Part shown: in pieces, positions 29,540 to 39,978 of the stretch
Layout of the letters: each line of letters begins with the position of its first letter
Numbering within the stretch: position 1 is the stretch's first letter
Virus record (IMG/VR): IMGVR_UViG_3300042326_002445
Span: 159,647-223,646 of that record
Direction: 5' to 3' (one strand)
DNA: 64,000 bases
Notes under the pieces: model-generated
Databases searched by the model: none
What the model was told of the DNA's origin: nothing
What the model saw: the letters and a program-made list of their open reading frames with translations, nothing else
Position numbers and translations under genes: made by a program

Positions 29540-30558
29540 TAAAAGAAGAATGCAAAGATATTGTAAACAAAATTGATTTTTCTTCCTTAAAAGGAAAAAG
29601 AGTTCTTATCACTGGAGCATCTGGAATAGTTGGTGTCTACATGGTTGCATGTCTTAAGAATATTAGTAGGCAATATAATATAGATATTTTTTGCTGGATA
29701 AATAATGATGTAGACCCGGTGTTCGAAGATCTGTATGATGGGTGTGCGATTATAAAGGGTGATATATGCGATGATGGGCTGCTAGATTCAGTCTATAAAG
29801 ATTTGTGTGAAACTCTAAGTGGATTTGATCTTATAATACATGCTGCAGGGTATGCTCAACCCAATAAGTTTTTAGAAAATAAGATTAAAACTATACAGCT
29901 CAATACCACATCAACAGCAAAGCTATTCAAAATGTTGAATAAAGACGGTACTTTTGTATTTATGAGTACCAGTGAACTCTATAGTGGCATAGATCATGAT
30001 AACATATCTGAGGACGATATAGGAACATCGTCTACTAATCATCCTAGATCTTGTTATATTGAAGGAAAAAGATGTGGAGAAGCTATTTGCCATGCTTACT
30101 CGAAGGATCACAATATAAAAATTATGAGGCTTAGTTTAGCTTACGGTCCAGGCACAAAGCATAATGATCAAAGAGTGTTGAACTCATTATTTCAAAAAGC
30201 TTTTCAGACAGGTAAAATAAATCTATTAGATAGTGGGTCTTCAACCAGAACATACGGCTATATTTCAGACATCACTGAAATGATGTGGAACGTAATTTTG
30301 TTTGGTAAAGAATCAGTATATAATATGGCTGGAGACTCTAAGACTAGCATACGCGAATTGGCTGAAATAATAGGGAGTCTTACAGGCGTCCCAGTTACAA
30401 TACCTTCAAGTGACGACAATCAACTTTTAGGCACACCAAAAAATGTAAACTTAAGTTTAAATAGATATTTTAATGAATTTAATCACATCAATTTTGTACC
30501 CCTCCATGAAGGCTTAAGAAGAACAATGGAGTGGCAGAAAGGTCTATATGTCAAATAA
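29527..30558 (+). CDS. NAD-dependent nucleotide-sugar epimerase/dehydratase (SDR)
   Basis: ITGASGIVG, STSELY, CYIEGKR YxxxK. Confidence 0.85.
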   Translation: MLSLIKEECKDIVNKIDFSSLKGKRVLITGASGIVGVYMVACLKNISRQYNIDIFCWINNDVDPVFEDLYDGCAIIKGDICDDGLLDSVYKDLCETLSGFDLIIHAAGYAQPNKFLENKIKTIQLNTTSTAKLFKMLNKDGTFVFMSTSELYSGIDHDNISEDDIGTSSTNHPRSCYIEGKRCGEAICHAYSKDHNIKIMRLSLAYGPGTKHNDQRVLNSLFQKAFQTGKINLLDSGSSTRTYGYISDITEMMWNVILFGKESVYNMAGDSKTSIRELAEIIGSLTGVPVTIPSSDDNQLLGTPKNVNLSLNRYFNEFNHINFVPLHEGLRRTMEWQKGLYVK

Positions 30559-31465
30559 AATAAGCCCAGATCATTTTTCCAATATATTAGGTTTTAGCAT
30601 TGACACTACAGTTGCTAAAAAAATAGAGCAATTTGATCTTCAATATCAGGATCTGACAGAGCAAGAGATGAACGACTACCTAATTAGGGTCGTAGATGTA
30701 TTGACGGGAGATATCGTAAAAAGTGGAGCTCATAGAATAGATGATTGGGAAAAAGGCTGGGGTGAAAACTTAGATCTTTATAGGCAAACAAAAGATATAA
30801 ACTCTCTTGTGCCAAAATATCATTGTAAAAATAGATATGTAAGATGGATGGGAAAGATAGTCAATCCAATCACTCCAGCTTTCGATTATAAAATACATAT
30901 ATGCTTTATTGATGCAATCTTGCATCATTATTTAAAAGATGGATATACAAGTGTGTATGAATTTGGATGTGGTCCCGGATATCATCTTTTAAGGCTTCGT
31001 AATGATAGGCCAGATTTAGACCTTACTGGACTTGATTGGGCAAAGTCTTCACAAGACCTTATACGGGAAATCAGTACCTCTTTATCAAAGCCAATTAATG
31101 CACACAATCTGGATTTCTTTAAACCAGATTACAATTTTGATATTAATGAAAACAGTATCGCATACACTGTAGCTGCATTAGAACAAACGGGTAGCAACTA
31201 CATTAAATTCGTTGACTATTTACTTGATAAGAAGCCAGCTTTGTGTATAAATATGGAACCAATAGCTGAGCTTTTAGATGAAACTAAATTAATTGACAAT
31301 CTTTCTATAAAGTATTTTAGAAAAAGAAATTATTTACATGAATATTTAACTCATCTAGAATGGCTTGAGTCAATTGGTAAAATCAAAATAATTGATAAGA
31401 GAAGAATATATAGCGGTAGCTATTTTATTGAGGGTCATTCTCTAGTAGTTTGGAAACCAATTTAA
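30548..31465 (+). CDS. class I SAM methyltransferase
   Basis: YEFGCGPG, LTGLDW, YTVAALEQ. Confidence 0.75.
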   Translation: MSNKISPDHFSNILGFSIDTTVAKKIEQFDLQYQDLTEQEMNDYLIRVVDVLTGDIVKSGAHRIDDWEKGWGENLDLYRQTKDINSLVPKYHCKNRYVRWMGKIVNPITPAFDYKIHICFIDAILHHYLKDGYTSVYEFGCGPGYHLLRLRNDRPDLDLTGLDWAKSSQDLIREISTSLSKPINAHNLDFFKPDYNFDINENSIAYTVAALEQTGSNYIKFVDYLLDKKPALCINMEPIAELLDETKLIDNLSIKYFRKRNYLHEYLTHLEWLESIGKIKIIDKRRIYSGSYFIEGHSLVVWKPI

Positions 31466-32358
31466 CTCATAATATCTTGCATGATAATTTTGATTGGATT
31501 GTAAGAGTTAAGATAAAGATCTTTAGCATGATTAATGCTGTAGTCTTCTAAGCGTTTTTGGCTATTTATTATATCTTTTATCCTATCTATCTCTCTTCCA
31601 TCATATTCAATATATTCAAATGCATTAGGATAAAATTTTTCTATATCTCTATGCCCATTGTATATTGGTATTGTATTGCATAATATTGCATCTATAAATT
31701 TTTCACTTATGTTCCCACTTACGCAAGAGTTTTCAAGACATATGGAATATTTATATTCAGATAATCCTGAAATCTTATTCATCAAAGGTCCCCTGTATCG
31801 TTTATCGCTCAGGTTCCATCCTCTTCCATACATGTCAAATTCTATATCAGAATTTAAAAGTTTCGTTACTAGCTCTCTTCTTTTATTGTAATTTGTATAT
31901 GACCTATTGTCTACAGGCGCATTTGAAACAATAATGGAGAGTGTTTTTGTTTTATTAAATTGTGATGTTAATATTTTTTTAGTAGTTTCTGATGAAGGCT
32001 GAATTTCTCCACTGCCATCTGGATTTGCATCATAAAGTCTGTGAGTTCCAAGAAGAGGCGACCATATTGTTCTTCCGTTTTCGTATTTATTTGTTTCATA
32101 TGTAACAATCTTTTTGCAATAAGAAAGCATGTTTTTATCAAAATTTTCAGACCAATAAGGCTCTATTACAATTCCATAAGTTTTATCTTTTTCAATTCTG
32201 TATGATGGATTGTGCACATAGTTCATTATTACTAAATGAGTATAGTCGTCTTGATGAGTTAAAACATCGCTGTAGCTACCATCGTGGTTCCATATATCGT
32301 TGATAAAACGATATATGTTATAGTCACTATTCCAGTAGCCAGCAAATTTTATTTTCAT
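31462..32358 (-). CDS. GT10 fucosyltransferase-like
   Basis: YKYSICLENS..SGNISEKFIDAILCNTIPIY. Confidence 0.75.
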   Translation of the reverse strand: MKIKFAGYWNSDYNIYRFINDIWNHDGSYSDVLTHQDDYTHLVIMNYVHNPSYRIEKDKTYGIVIEPYWSENFDKNMLSYCKKIVTYETNKYENGRTIWSPLLGTHRLYDANPDGSGEIQPSSETTKKILTSQFNKTKTLSIIVSNAPVDNRSYTNYNKRRELVTKLLNSDIEFDMYGRGWNLSDKRYRGPLMNKISGLSEYKYSICLENSCVSGNISEKFIDAILCNTIPIYNGHRDIEKFYPNAFEYIEYDGREIDRIKDIINSQKRLEDYSINHAKDLYLNSYNPIKIIMQDIMS

Positions 32359-32990
32359 TCTTTTCCTTGTATCTCACTAACATATGTTCCGTTTTGCGAT
32401 CCTTGTGTCATTATTCCAGGCTCATACCAATACACAATAGTATTAAGTTTTATAAATCTATAATTTAAATCAAAATCTATTGGCAAGTGAGCTTTTCCAT
32501 TTTTCATGTCTTCATATACTTTTTGTGCAGCTTTTGGATGGACTATCATGCTATCTGTGCATTTTGTCTTCCACCTATTTGGACATTTTACAAAACCTTC
32601 GCCTTCTGTGCGTATCCCACATCCAGTACCAAAAAAACAAAATTCCCAGTCTTCTGGTATATTATTAAAATTATATACAAAATTATCTAATGTTTCTGGG
32701 TTAAATATTACGTCATCTTCTAGTATCATTGAAGCCTGTCCGCTGTCTGCAATCTTTTTAAATGTTCTAAATTGCTTATGTATGAGAGACTTATTTCCTT
32801 TGTTTATCTCTACAGCAGGAAAGTCTTCTGGAAGTATTGCTCTTTTTTCAGGTATGCTTGAAAATTCTATTTCACTGCTTTCTGACGTTACTACTTCCAA
32901 ATCTTCTAAAAACTTACATTGCATTAACAAGCCTGTGACTTTTAAGAATCTTTCAGTAAAACCTTTTTTGTGCATTAAAAAAACTTTCAT
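32355..32990 (-). CDS. GT25-like glycosyltransferase
   Basis: SLIHKQ, MILEDD, LPIDFDL, QGS. Confidence 0.65.
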   Translation of the reverse strand: MKVFLMHKKGFTERFLKVTGLLMQCKFLEDLEVVTSESSEIEFSSIPEKRAILPEDFPAVEINKGNKSLIHKQFRTFKKIADSGQASMILEDDVIFNPETLDNFVYNFNNIPEDWEFCFFGTGCGIRTEGEGFVKCPNRWKTKCTDSMIVHPKAAQKVYEDMKNGKAHLPIDFDLNYRFIKLNTIVYWYEPGIMTQGSQNGTYVSEIQGKE

Positions 32991-33111
32991 TATACTCTCC
33001 TTGATATTTTATAATGATTATATTATATTTTACGGCATTACTGATTTAAATACTGTTTGTTTTACTGCGCATTTAATAAAATATGACGAAATAGGTATGG
33101 GTGACTAAATT

Positions 33112-33945
33112 ATGCTTTTATCAATATTGGTTCCAGGCAAAAATGACAACTTTAGATACAATGGTTCAAAAACCATTGAATTTAATATTAATCAAACTTT
33201 AGATAATATAGAATATTCTGGGTTTAAAGATGTAGAACTCGTATTGTGCGATTGGGGTAGTGAGAAGAAAATAGTAGATGAAATAGTTAAAAGAAAACAT
33301 AAGAATTTTAAATGTGTTTATGTTCCCCCAGATATAGCACAAAAATATAATGGTCAGGCAAATTATTCTATAGTGCATCCAATTAACACTGCATTTAGGC
33401 ATAGCTCTGGTAAATATGTATGCTTCTGGGATTCTGATTGCTTTGTGCTTCAAGATAGCTTTGTAAAGCTTTATGAGTTTGTTCTTCAAATGGAAGCTAC
33501 TCAAGACATGCAATTTTATTGGGGTTCTAGATATCATATACCGTATGAATCCTATAATGATTTAAGAAGTCATAAAGAATTAGTTGCAAAAATAAATAAT
33601 GGTATGCAAGTTATGCATGATAAAATAGCTGGAGGAGGTAAATTTATGGGAGCCTCTATATCATTGTTAATGAACAGAATTTTATGGGAGGATAGTACTG
33701 GATGGTATGAAAATCTTCCGTATTGGGGATGGCAGGATATTGAGTTCCACCATCGCTTGATGAAGAGATACAGCTATGGCGGCGATCTGGAAGATTGGGG
33801 CATGAGTTTTTTTCACATGCTTCAGCCTGCCAGTAAAGACGGCACAAAAAATAAGCACTTGATGAATCCCTCAATAAACGCAACATTCTTTAAAGCTAAT
33901 CCTCCAAGTTGGGGTTTAGCAAATGAGAAATTGGAAATAATGTAA
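33112..33945 (+). CDS. GT2-like glycosyltransferase, tandem copy 1
   Basis: LCDWGS, WDSD DxD, WGWQDIEF. Confidence 0.7.
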   Translation: MLLSILVPGKNDNFRYNGSKTIEFNINQTLDNIEYSGFKDVELVLCDWGSEKKIVDEIVKRKHKNFKCVYVPPDIAQKYNGQANYSIVHPINTAFRHSSGKYVCFWDSDCFVLQDSFVKLYEFVLQMEATQDMQFYWGSRYHIPYESYNDLRSHKELVAKINNGMQVMHDKIAGGGKFMGASISLLMNRILWEDSTGWYENLPYWGWQDIEFHHRLMKRYSYGGDLEDWGMSFFHMLQPASKDGTKNKHLMNPSINATFFKANPPSWGLANEKLEIM

Positions 33946-34297
33946 TGATATTATCCATATTAATCCCTGGTAAAAATGATGATTTTCGATGCAATGGTAC
34001 AAAAACAATAGAATTTAATTTGAATCAAGTTTTGGATAATCTTGAATTTTTTAACTTTCCAGATTTAGAGTTAGTGCTTTGTGATTGGGGAAGTAAAAAG
34101 AAAATAGTAGGATCAATATTGGAAAGAAAACACAAAAACTTTAAATGCGTTTATGTCAGACCAAGCGTTGCTAAAAAATATAATGGTAAGGCGAATTATT
34201 CTATAGTACATCCAATTAATACTGCATTTAGGCATAGCTCTGGTAAATATGTATGCTTCTGGGATTCTGATTGCTTTGTGCTTCAAGATAGCTTTGT
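33388..34297 (+). repeat. 77-nt perfect direct repeat (33388-33464 and 34221-34297) between the tandem GT paralogs
   Basis: actgcatttagg...gatagctttgt is identical in both copies, 833 nt apart; a second identical tract of about 38 nt lies at the 3' ends. Confidence 0.9.
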
Positions 34298-34784
34298 CAA
34301 GCTATACGAGTTTGTTCATCAAATGAATATAAATTCTGATAAAAAATTTTACTGGGGATCTAGATGGCATATATCTTATGATGAATATACGTATCTATCT
34401 TCTCACAAAGATTTATTAGAAAAAATAAACAATGGTCTTCAGCCATCAAGAAAAGACTCATTTGACTATGGTCAAAATTTTATGGGTGGTTCTATATCGC
34501 TCTTGATGGACAGGTCAATATGGGAAGAAAGTACAGGTTGGTATGAGAAATTGCCCTATTGGGGATGGCAGGACATTGAGTTTCACAGAAGATTGTTGAC
34601 CAAATATGTTCAGGGTGAAGATCTTGTTTCGCATGGAATGGTATTTTATCATTTAAATCAACCAGAAAAAATGGATAAATTACAAAATAAACACAAATTT
34701 AATGAGCAAATAAATGCAAAATCTTTTAAAGCTAATCCTCCAAGTTGGGGTTTAGCAAATGAAAAATTGGAGATAATAGAATGA
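33945..34784 (+). CDS. GT2-like glycosyltransferase, tandem copy 2
   Basis: Same motifs; clear paralog of 33112..33945. Confidence 0.7.
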   Translation: MILSILIPGKNDDFRCNGTKTIEFNLNQVLDNLEFFNFPDLELVLCDWGSKKKIVGSILERKHKNFKCVYVRPSVAKKYNGKANYSIVHPINTAFRHSSGKYVCFWDSDCFVLQDSFVKLYEFVHQMNINSDKKFYWGSRWHISYDEYTYLSSHKDLLEKINNGLQPSRKDSFDYGQNFMGGSISLLMDRSIWEESTGWYEKLPYWGWQDIEFHRRLLTKYVQGEDLVSHGMVFYHLNQPEKMDKLQNKHKFNEQINAKSFKANPPSWGLANEKLEIIE

Positions 34785-35527
34785 GCGTTTTAGTGAATTA
34801 TACAGGAAGGCTTGGTAACAATATTCTGCAATATTGCATGGCAAGTTATTTATCCTATAAGTTTGACCTTTCTTTGCATAAATCTTTAGATTTAAATGAA
34901 GACTTTGAAATCAATCAGAAAGAAGGCGGAAGATCATTCGAAAATCATATTGAAGTAAATGATGATAATTTACAAGAAATACTCGCCAGAAAAAGTATAG
35001 ATTCTGGCATAAGAGTTAACGGCTGGTTTTCAAGCAAATATGTTTTTGAAAATGAAGAAATAATTTCTTATTACAAAAAGTGCATTGTCCCAAAAAAGAT
35101 AGACAATCCAACAGATTTATTTGTGCATGTCCGACTTGGAGACATCGACAAACAATTTAATCTGCCATATAAATACTACAAATATCAAATTTCTAAAATT
35201 GATTATAATGATTGTTTTTTAACTAGTGATAGCATAAGTCATCGCATAGTTAAAGATTTGCAAAAAAGATTCAAAAATATTCAGTTGTTTACTGGATGTA
35301 GTCCAAGTTTTACTATTAGGTACGGCGCTAATTGTGATAAGCTTGTCTTAAGTTCTGGTACTTTTAGTCTTTGTATGGCACTTTTTAATAGAGGTGCTCC
35401 AAATGTTTATTGCATAGATAATTATTCAATGGAAAAATATTTTAAAATAAAGCAATGGGATGGTGGGGGATTCTCTGCTTTTATTGGCAAGTCTAATTTT
35501 AATTTTTACAATGAGAGTAAAGCATGA
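34781..35527 (+). CDS. GT11-like (alpha-1,2-fucosyltransferase-like)
   Basis: GRLGNNILQY, HVRLGD, LSSGTFS. Confidence 0.7.
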   Translation: MSVLVNYTGRLGNNILQYCMASYLSYKFDLSLHKSLDLNEDFEINQKEGGRSFENHIEVNDDNLQEILARKSIDSGIRVNGWFSSKYVFENEEIISYYKKCIVPKKIDNPTDLFVHVRLGDIDKQFNLPYKYYKYQISKIDYNDCFLTSDSISHRIVKDLQKRFKNIQLFTGCSPSFTIRYGANCDKLVLSSGTFSLCMALFNRGAPNVYCIDNYSMEKYFKIKQWDGGGFSAFIGKSNFNFYNESKA

Positions 35528-36429
35528 ATACATTAATTACTGGCGGAAAAGGGTTACTTGGTAGCGCTCTTGATTTTGGCTTTAAGCCAAGCAAAGATGA
35601 GGTTGATTGCCTAAAATATGATCAACTTTCTAACTATATCAAGAATAACAATATTGACTCTGTTGTTCATGCAGCTGCAAGAGTCGGCGGCGTAAAAGCA
35701 AATACAGATTTTGTTTATGACTTCTTTTCTGAAAATATTATGATGAGCACTAATGTAATGAATGCTTGTAAAGAGTTTTCATTTAAAAAAGCAATATTCA
35801 TAGTTTCAACATGCGCCTTTCCAACATCGGCTCCATTGCCACTAAAAGAAGAGTATCTTCATACTGGAGAACCACATCATACAAACTTTGGCTATGCTTA
35901 TGCAAAGAGAATGCTTGAAGTTGGATCAAGGGCCTTGCGACAGCAGTATAAGATAAATAGCTCTTGCGTCATACCATGCAATCTATACGGACAAGACGAT
36001 AATTATAATCTGCAAAGTGGTCACGTAATCCCAAGCCTTATACATAAGTGCTGGATAGCAAAAAGCACAAATACAATATTAGAAATTTGGGGTTCAGGTA
36101 AAGCAGAGAGAGAATTTATATACATCAAAGATTTTGCCAATATTGTTGATGAGATAATGAATAAAGACATTAATGTTGCTGAAACAATGATAGTATCTCC
36201 TGGTCTAACTTACACTATAGAGGAAATAGTTTATCATATTATAAAAATACTTAAGTTTGAAGGAAACGTATTTTTTGATAAAAATAAACCCGAAGGCATA
36301 ATGAAGAAAAATTCAGATAACTCTACCTTCAAGAAACATTTCTCTGACTTTAAATTTACAGATTTAGACACTGGGCTTAACGCTACAATTGAATATTTCA
36401 TAAAAAATTATGAATCTTTGAGAAAATAA
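35524..36429 (+). CDS. fcl: GDP-L-fucose synthase
   Basis: HAAARVGGVKAN, STCAFP, HHTNFGYAYAKR, PCNLYG, HVIPSL, WGSGKAEREFIY, KPEG. Confidence 0.92.
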   Translation: MNTLITGGKGLLGSALDFGFKPSKDEVDCLKYDQLSNYIKNNNIDSVVHAAARVGGVKANTDFVYDFFSENIMMSTNVMNACKEFSFKKAIFIVSTCAFPTSAPLPLKEEYLHTGEPHHTNFGYAYAKRMLEVGSRALRQQYKINSSCVIPCNLYGQDDNYNLQSGHVIPSLIHKCWIAKSTNTILEIWGSGKAEREFIYIKDFANIVDEIMNKDINVAETMIVSPGLTYTIEEIVYHIIKILKFEGNVFFDKNKPEGIMKKNSDNSTFKKHFSDFKFTDLDTGLNATIEYFIKNYESLRK

Positions 36430-36433
36430 AATT

Positions 36434-37375
36434 ATGAAAGTACTTGTAACTGGTGGTGCTGGATTCATTGGATCTAATTTAGTAGACCGATTAGTTTATG
36501 ATGGTCACGATGTCACGGTGATTGATAACGAATCATCGGATGCCCATGATCAGTTCTATTGGAATCCCGCTGCCAAGAACTACAAGTATGACATCAATGA
36601 CTACACGATGGTTCGTAAACTGTATGAAGGCGTGGACACGGTTTTCCACCTTGCTGCTGAAGCCCGTATTCAGCCATGCATTGTTGATCCACTGAAGGCG
36701 GTGGAAGCCAATATGCTAGGAACCGCTACTGTATTGCAGTGCGCTCGTGTATGCGATGTCAAGCGTGTCATTTATTCATCTACTTCTTCTGCTTATGGTG
36801 TGAAAAATACACCTCCCCTTCACGAGGATATGCCAAATGACTGCCTGAATCCGTATTCGGTTTCAAAAGTAGGTGGTGAAGAATTATGCAAAATGTATTC
36901 AAAATTATATGGTTTAGAAACTATTATTTTTAGGTATTTTAACGTTTACGGAGAGCGTCAGCCGTTGAGGGGTCAGTATGCTCCAGTGATAGGAATATTC
37001 TTGCGTCAAAGAGCATCCGGGCAGCCTATGACTATTGTAGGAGACGGCAATCAGAGAAGGGATTTTACACATGTTAGCGATGTTGTTGAAGCTAATATTT
37101 TAGCGTCGAAATTTACAGCGCCTGAATATAATATTTCAGATTTTGGCAGTTGCAGTATTTATACAAATTGGCTATGGGGTCAAATATATAACATAGGAAC
37201 TGGAAGAAACCATTCAATCAATGAAATAGCTAACCTAATGGGTGGTGAGACAAAAAACATACCTCCAAGATTGGGAGAATCTCGTGTCACTTTGGCTAAT
37301 GCAGAAAAAGCAAAAAAGCATTTCGGATGGATCCCAAAAGTTAGTCTTGAAAATTGGATAGAAATGAGTAAATAA
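36434..37375 (+). CDS. NAD-dependent nucleotide-sugar epimerase
   Basis: VTGGAGFIGS, FHLAA, SSTSSAYG, PYSVSK, RYFNVYG, RDFTHVSDVV. Confidence 0.9.
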   Translation: MKVLVTGGAGFIGSNLVDRLVYDGHDVTVIDNESSDAHDQFYWNPAAKNYKYDINDYTMVRKLYEGVDTVFHLAAEARIQPCIVDPLKAVEANMLGTATVLQCARVCDVKRVIYSSTSSAYGVKNTPPLHEDMPNDCLNPYSVSKVGGEELCKMYSKLYGLETIIFRYFNVYGERQPLRGQYAPVIGIFLRQRASGQPMTIVGDGNQRRDFTHVSDVVEANILASKFTAPEYNISDFGSCSIYTNWLWGQIYNIGTGRNHSINEIANLMGGETKNIPPRLGESRVTLANAEKAKKHFGWIPKVSLENWIEMSK

Positions 37376-37377
37376 AT

Positions 37378-38076
37378 ATGAATGAAGAAAGATATGAACA
37401 TCCACAAATAAAGTTTATGAAAAATATAGATCCAAACTTATCAAGTTTGGAGCAATTTAACTTAATTAGGTCGTATCCTTGGGGCTGTGAACAACCTCAG
37501 GTAGACGTGTTTTGCGAATTGTTAAAAACAATAGATCACGACCATCCAAGCATGATTGAGCTTGGAAGTGCAGGTGTAGGCGGTTCTTTTTATTCAGTTC
37601 TTTTTGAAAAATGGTTTGATAAAAAATGCACTATTATCAATAACGATCCAAGACTTGAAATATTGCAAGAAATAAAAACATATTGGAAAAATCAGCATTT
37701 GACAAACGCAATACTTTGTCATGGATATGTTGGAACGCCAAAGCATTATCAAGCAAGCCCAGATTTTGAAGCAGAAAAAGTACCAAGATTAACGGTAAAG
37801 CAAATGATGGAAGATAACAACATTGTTAATCTTGATATCTTGCATGCAGATATACAGGGTTCTGAAATTTCCCTATGCGAAGAATTAGTAAGTCATAATA
37901 TAATAAAAAAAATACGTTACTATTTTATTAGCACTCATTCAGGAGAAAATCTTAATACTTATGATTTATGTTTAAATGTTTTTAATAATAGTATGAAATG
38001 TAAGTTTCATTTTTCGGATCCGCTTAAGGGTGGCTGGGGAGATGGACTGATAGTGGTAGAGAATATTGAATTTTAA
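37378..38076 (+). CDS. FkbM-like methyltransferase
   Basis: IELGS, LDILHADIQGSE, FISTHS. Confidence 0.7.
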   Translation: MNEERYEHPQIKFMKNIDPNLSSLEQFNLIRSYPWGCEQPQVDVFCELLKTIDHDHPSMIELGSAGVGGSFYSVLFEKWFDKKCTIINNDPRLEILQEIKTYWKNQHLTNAILCHGYVGTPKHYQASPDFEAEKVPRLTVKQMMEDNNIVNLDILHADIQGSEISLCEELVSHNIIKKIRYYFISTHSGENLNTYDLCLNVFNNSMKCKFHFSDPLKGGWGDGLIVVENIEF

Positions 38077-38093
38077 TTTAAGGTAATTATTTT

Positions 38094-38705
38094 ATGAAAC
38101 AAGAAATATTAGATTTATGGTATAAAAATAACGATGTACATGATTTTTTGCATAGACATAAACTTTCTAACGAAAGTTTAATAGTGGATGTGGGATCATA
38201 CAAGGGCAGCTGGCTGCATCATATGAACAAGCTTTACGGATGCAGATGCATCGGGGTGGAACCAGTGGCAGAATTTGTAAAAGAGTCTGTGAAATTAGAA
38301 TTCAATAACGATTGTCAAATTCATCATTTTGGATTAACTACTGACGATTTGTTAGAAGATTATATAAATATTGATGAAGATGCTTCTTCCATGTTTAAAA
38401 TACAAGGATTAGAAACAGGAAGAAAAATTGATCTTAAAAATGCAAAAGACTTTTTTTTATCAATAGGCGACCGCATAGATGTATTGCAAATTAATTGTGA
38501 AGGAATGGAATACAGCTTAATACCATTTATGATTGATAACGATCTATTTAAAAACGTAAATTTTGTTCAAATACAGTTTCATGACATATCTGAATCTAGC
38601 AATAGAGCCATGCATCATTGCATAGATATAATAGAAAAAAATGGGTTTAAAACTAAGTTTGAATACCCTTTTGTGTGGTACGGTGCAGAAAAGGTGAGCA
38701 AATGA
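38094..38705 (+). CDS. FkbM-family methyltransferase
   Basis: VDVGSYKG, GVEP, QINCEGMEY, QIQFH. Confidence 0.8.
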   Translation: MKQEILDLWYKNNDVHDFLHRHKLSNESLIVDVGSYKGSWLHHMNKLYGCRCIGVEPVAEFVKESVKLEFNNDCQIHHFGLTTDDLLEDYINIDEDASSMFKIQGLETGRKIDLKNAKDFFLSIGDRIDVLQINCEGMEYSLIPFMIDNDLFKNVNFVQIQFHDISESSNRAMHHCIDIIEKNGFKTKFEYPFVWYGAEKVSK

Positions 38706-39202
38706 TATCTTATTCGCAATCAGGCCAAGATTTATACGCATTTGAAAAATCTAATCAAAAGACGAACGGTTTTTATATTGAGATAGGAGCATTTCATCCC
38801 ATAGAAAATAGTAATTCTTATATGCTGGAAGAGCTTGGCTGGAAAGGTATTAGTTTTGAAATTAGCGATATTACAGATTTATGGTATAGTAAAAGAAAAA
38901 ATAAGCTTATAGTTTGTGATGCAACTAGTTTTGATTTTTTAAATTGTTTTAATCAAAATAACGTGCCTAATCAAATTGATTATCTTTCTTTAGACATAGA
39001 TGGTGAAACATTAAATTGCCTTAAAAAACTGCCATTAAGTCAATTTCGTTTTAAATCAATTACTATTGAACATGACGAATATCATAGGGGCAGTAGCATG
39101 AAAAATGAGATAAGAGATATACTTTTAGGCAATGGGTATTCATTGGATAGACCAGATGTGTCTAGCAATAATCTGATATACGAAGACTGGTGGACGGGTT
39201 AA
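38702..39202 (+). CDS. FkbM-family methyltransferase
   Basis: SQSGQD, YIEIGA, IDYLSLDIDG, TIEHD, YEDWW. Confidence 0.8.
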   Translation: MISYSQSGQDLYAFEKSNQKTNGFYIEIGAFHPIENSNSYMLEELGWKGISFEISDITDLWYSKRKNKLIVCDATSFDFLNCFNQNNVPNQIDYLSLDIDGETLNCLKKLPLSQFRFKSITIEHDEYHRGSSMKNEIRDILLGNGYSLDRPDVSSNNLIYEDWWTG

Positions 39203-39978
39203 GCGAATTGCCAATTAGCAGGAAATAGATCTTTAGTGCAATCTGATTGAGATGGATGTCTGTCTTGATGTGGCCATTTTTTTCCAAACCAGTTTTTAGG
39301 ACATATGACTACGTCTGGCTTGCCTAGCCATGCAGCCCACCAGCTAAAGGTACTGTTTGCCATTATGATGTGCTTGCAATTACTCATCAAGTACATGGAT
39401 GGCAAAGGTGCCATATCTACAAATGTGAAATCATGACCTCTAAGGTTGTTTTGACACCAATTTAAATCATCAGAAAAAACTAGAATAGAGCCTTTTTCAC
39501 TTATCCTTGAAAGGCAATGATTGTAATATTCTCCATTAAATTCTGGATATATATCTGGATACTTTAAATAATCAGTTCTTCTGATGTGCAAGGCAGTGGC
39601 AGTATCTCCATTAAAAAATCTTTTATATTTTCCACCATCGTGATTTTTGGCGGTATCCACCACGCTATGCTCAAAAGAAAAGCATTTCCTTACTTCATCT
39701 TCTGCAAAAGAGAAATATCTTTCTGATTGAAAATATCCATCAAGATGCGTATCGTTTTTTATGCCTTCAAAAGATGAGTCATAAGAAAACATGTTTTCAT
39801 TAAATTTATGTACTGCTTTTCTGTTTGCTTGATTTAGGCCTTTTAACTTAAATCCTCTTATATGAGAATTGTCTCCTATATAGTGTGCAGATGTACCATT
39901 TCTTTTTGCTGCACACATGGCTGCAGCAATCTGAAACATATTATTTCCAGTTCTTCCATATAGTTCTACTGTAATCAT
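39199..39978 (-). CDS. GT11 alpha-1,2-fucosyltransferase
   Basis: GRTGNNMFQ, GYFQSERYF, HIRRTDY, FSDD, ANSTFSWWAAWL. Confidence 0.88.
   Translation of the reverse strand: MITVELYGRTGNNMFQIAAAMCAAKRNGTSAHYIGDNSHIRGFKLKGLNQANRKAVHKFNENMFSYDSSFEGIKNDTHLDGYFQSERYFSFAEDEVRKCFSFEHSVVDTAKNHDGGKYKRFFNGDTATALHIRRTDYLKYPDIYPEFNGEYYNHCLSRISEKGSILVFSDDLNWCQNNLRGHDFTFVDMAPLPSMYLMSNCKHIIMANSTFSWWAAWLGKPDVVICPKNWFGKKWPHQDRHPSQSDCTKDLFPANWQFA

Noticed and set aside
32506-33108. 200-aa plus-strand ORF
   Set aside because: Antisense shadow of the GT25-like gene 32355..32990
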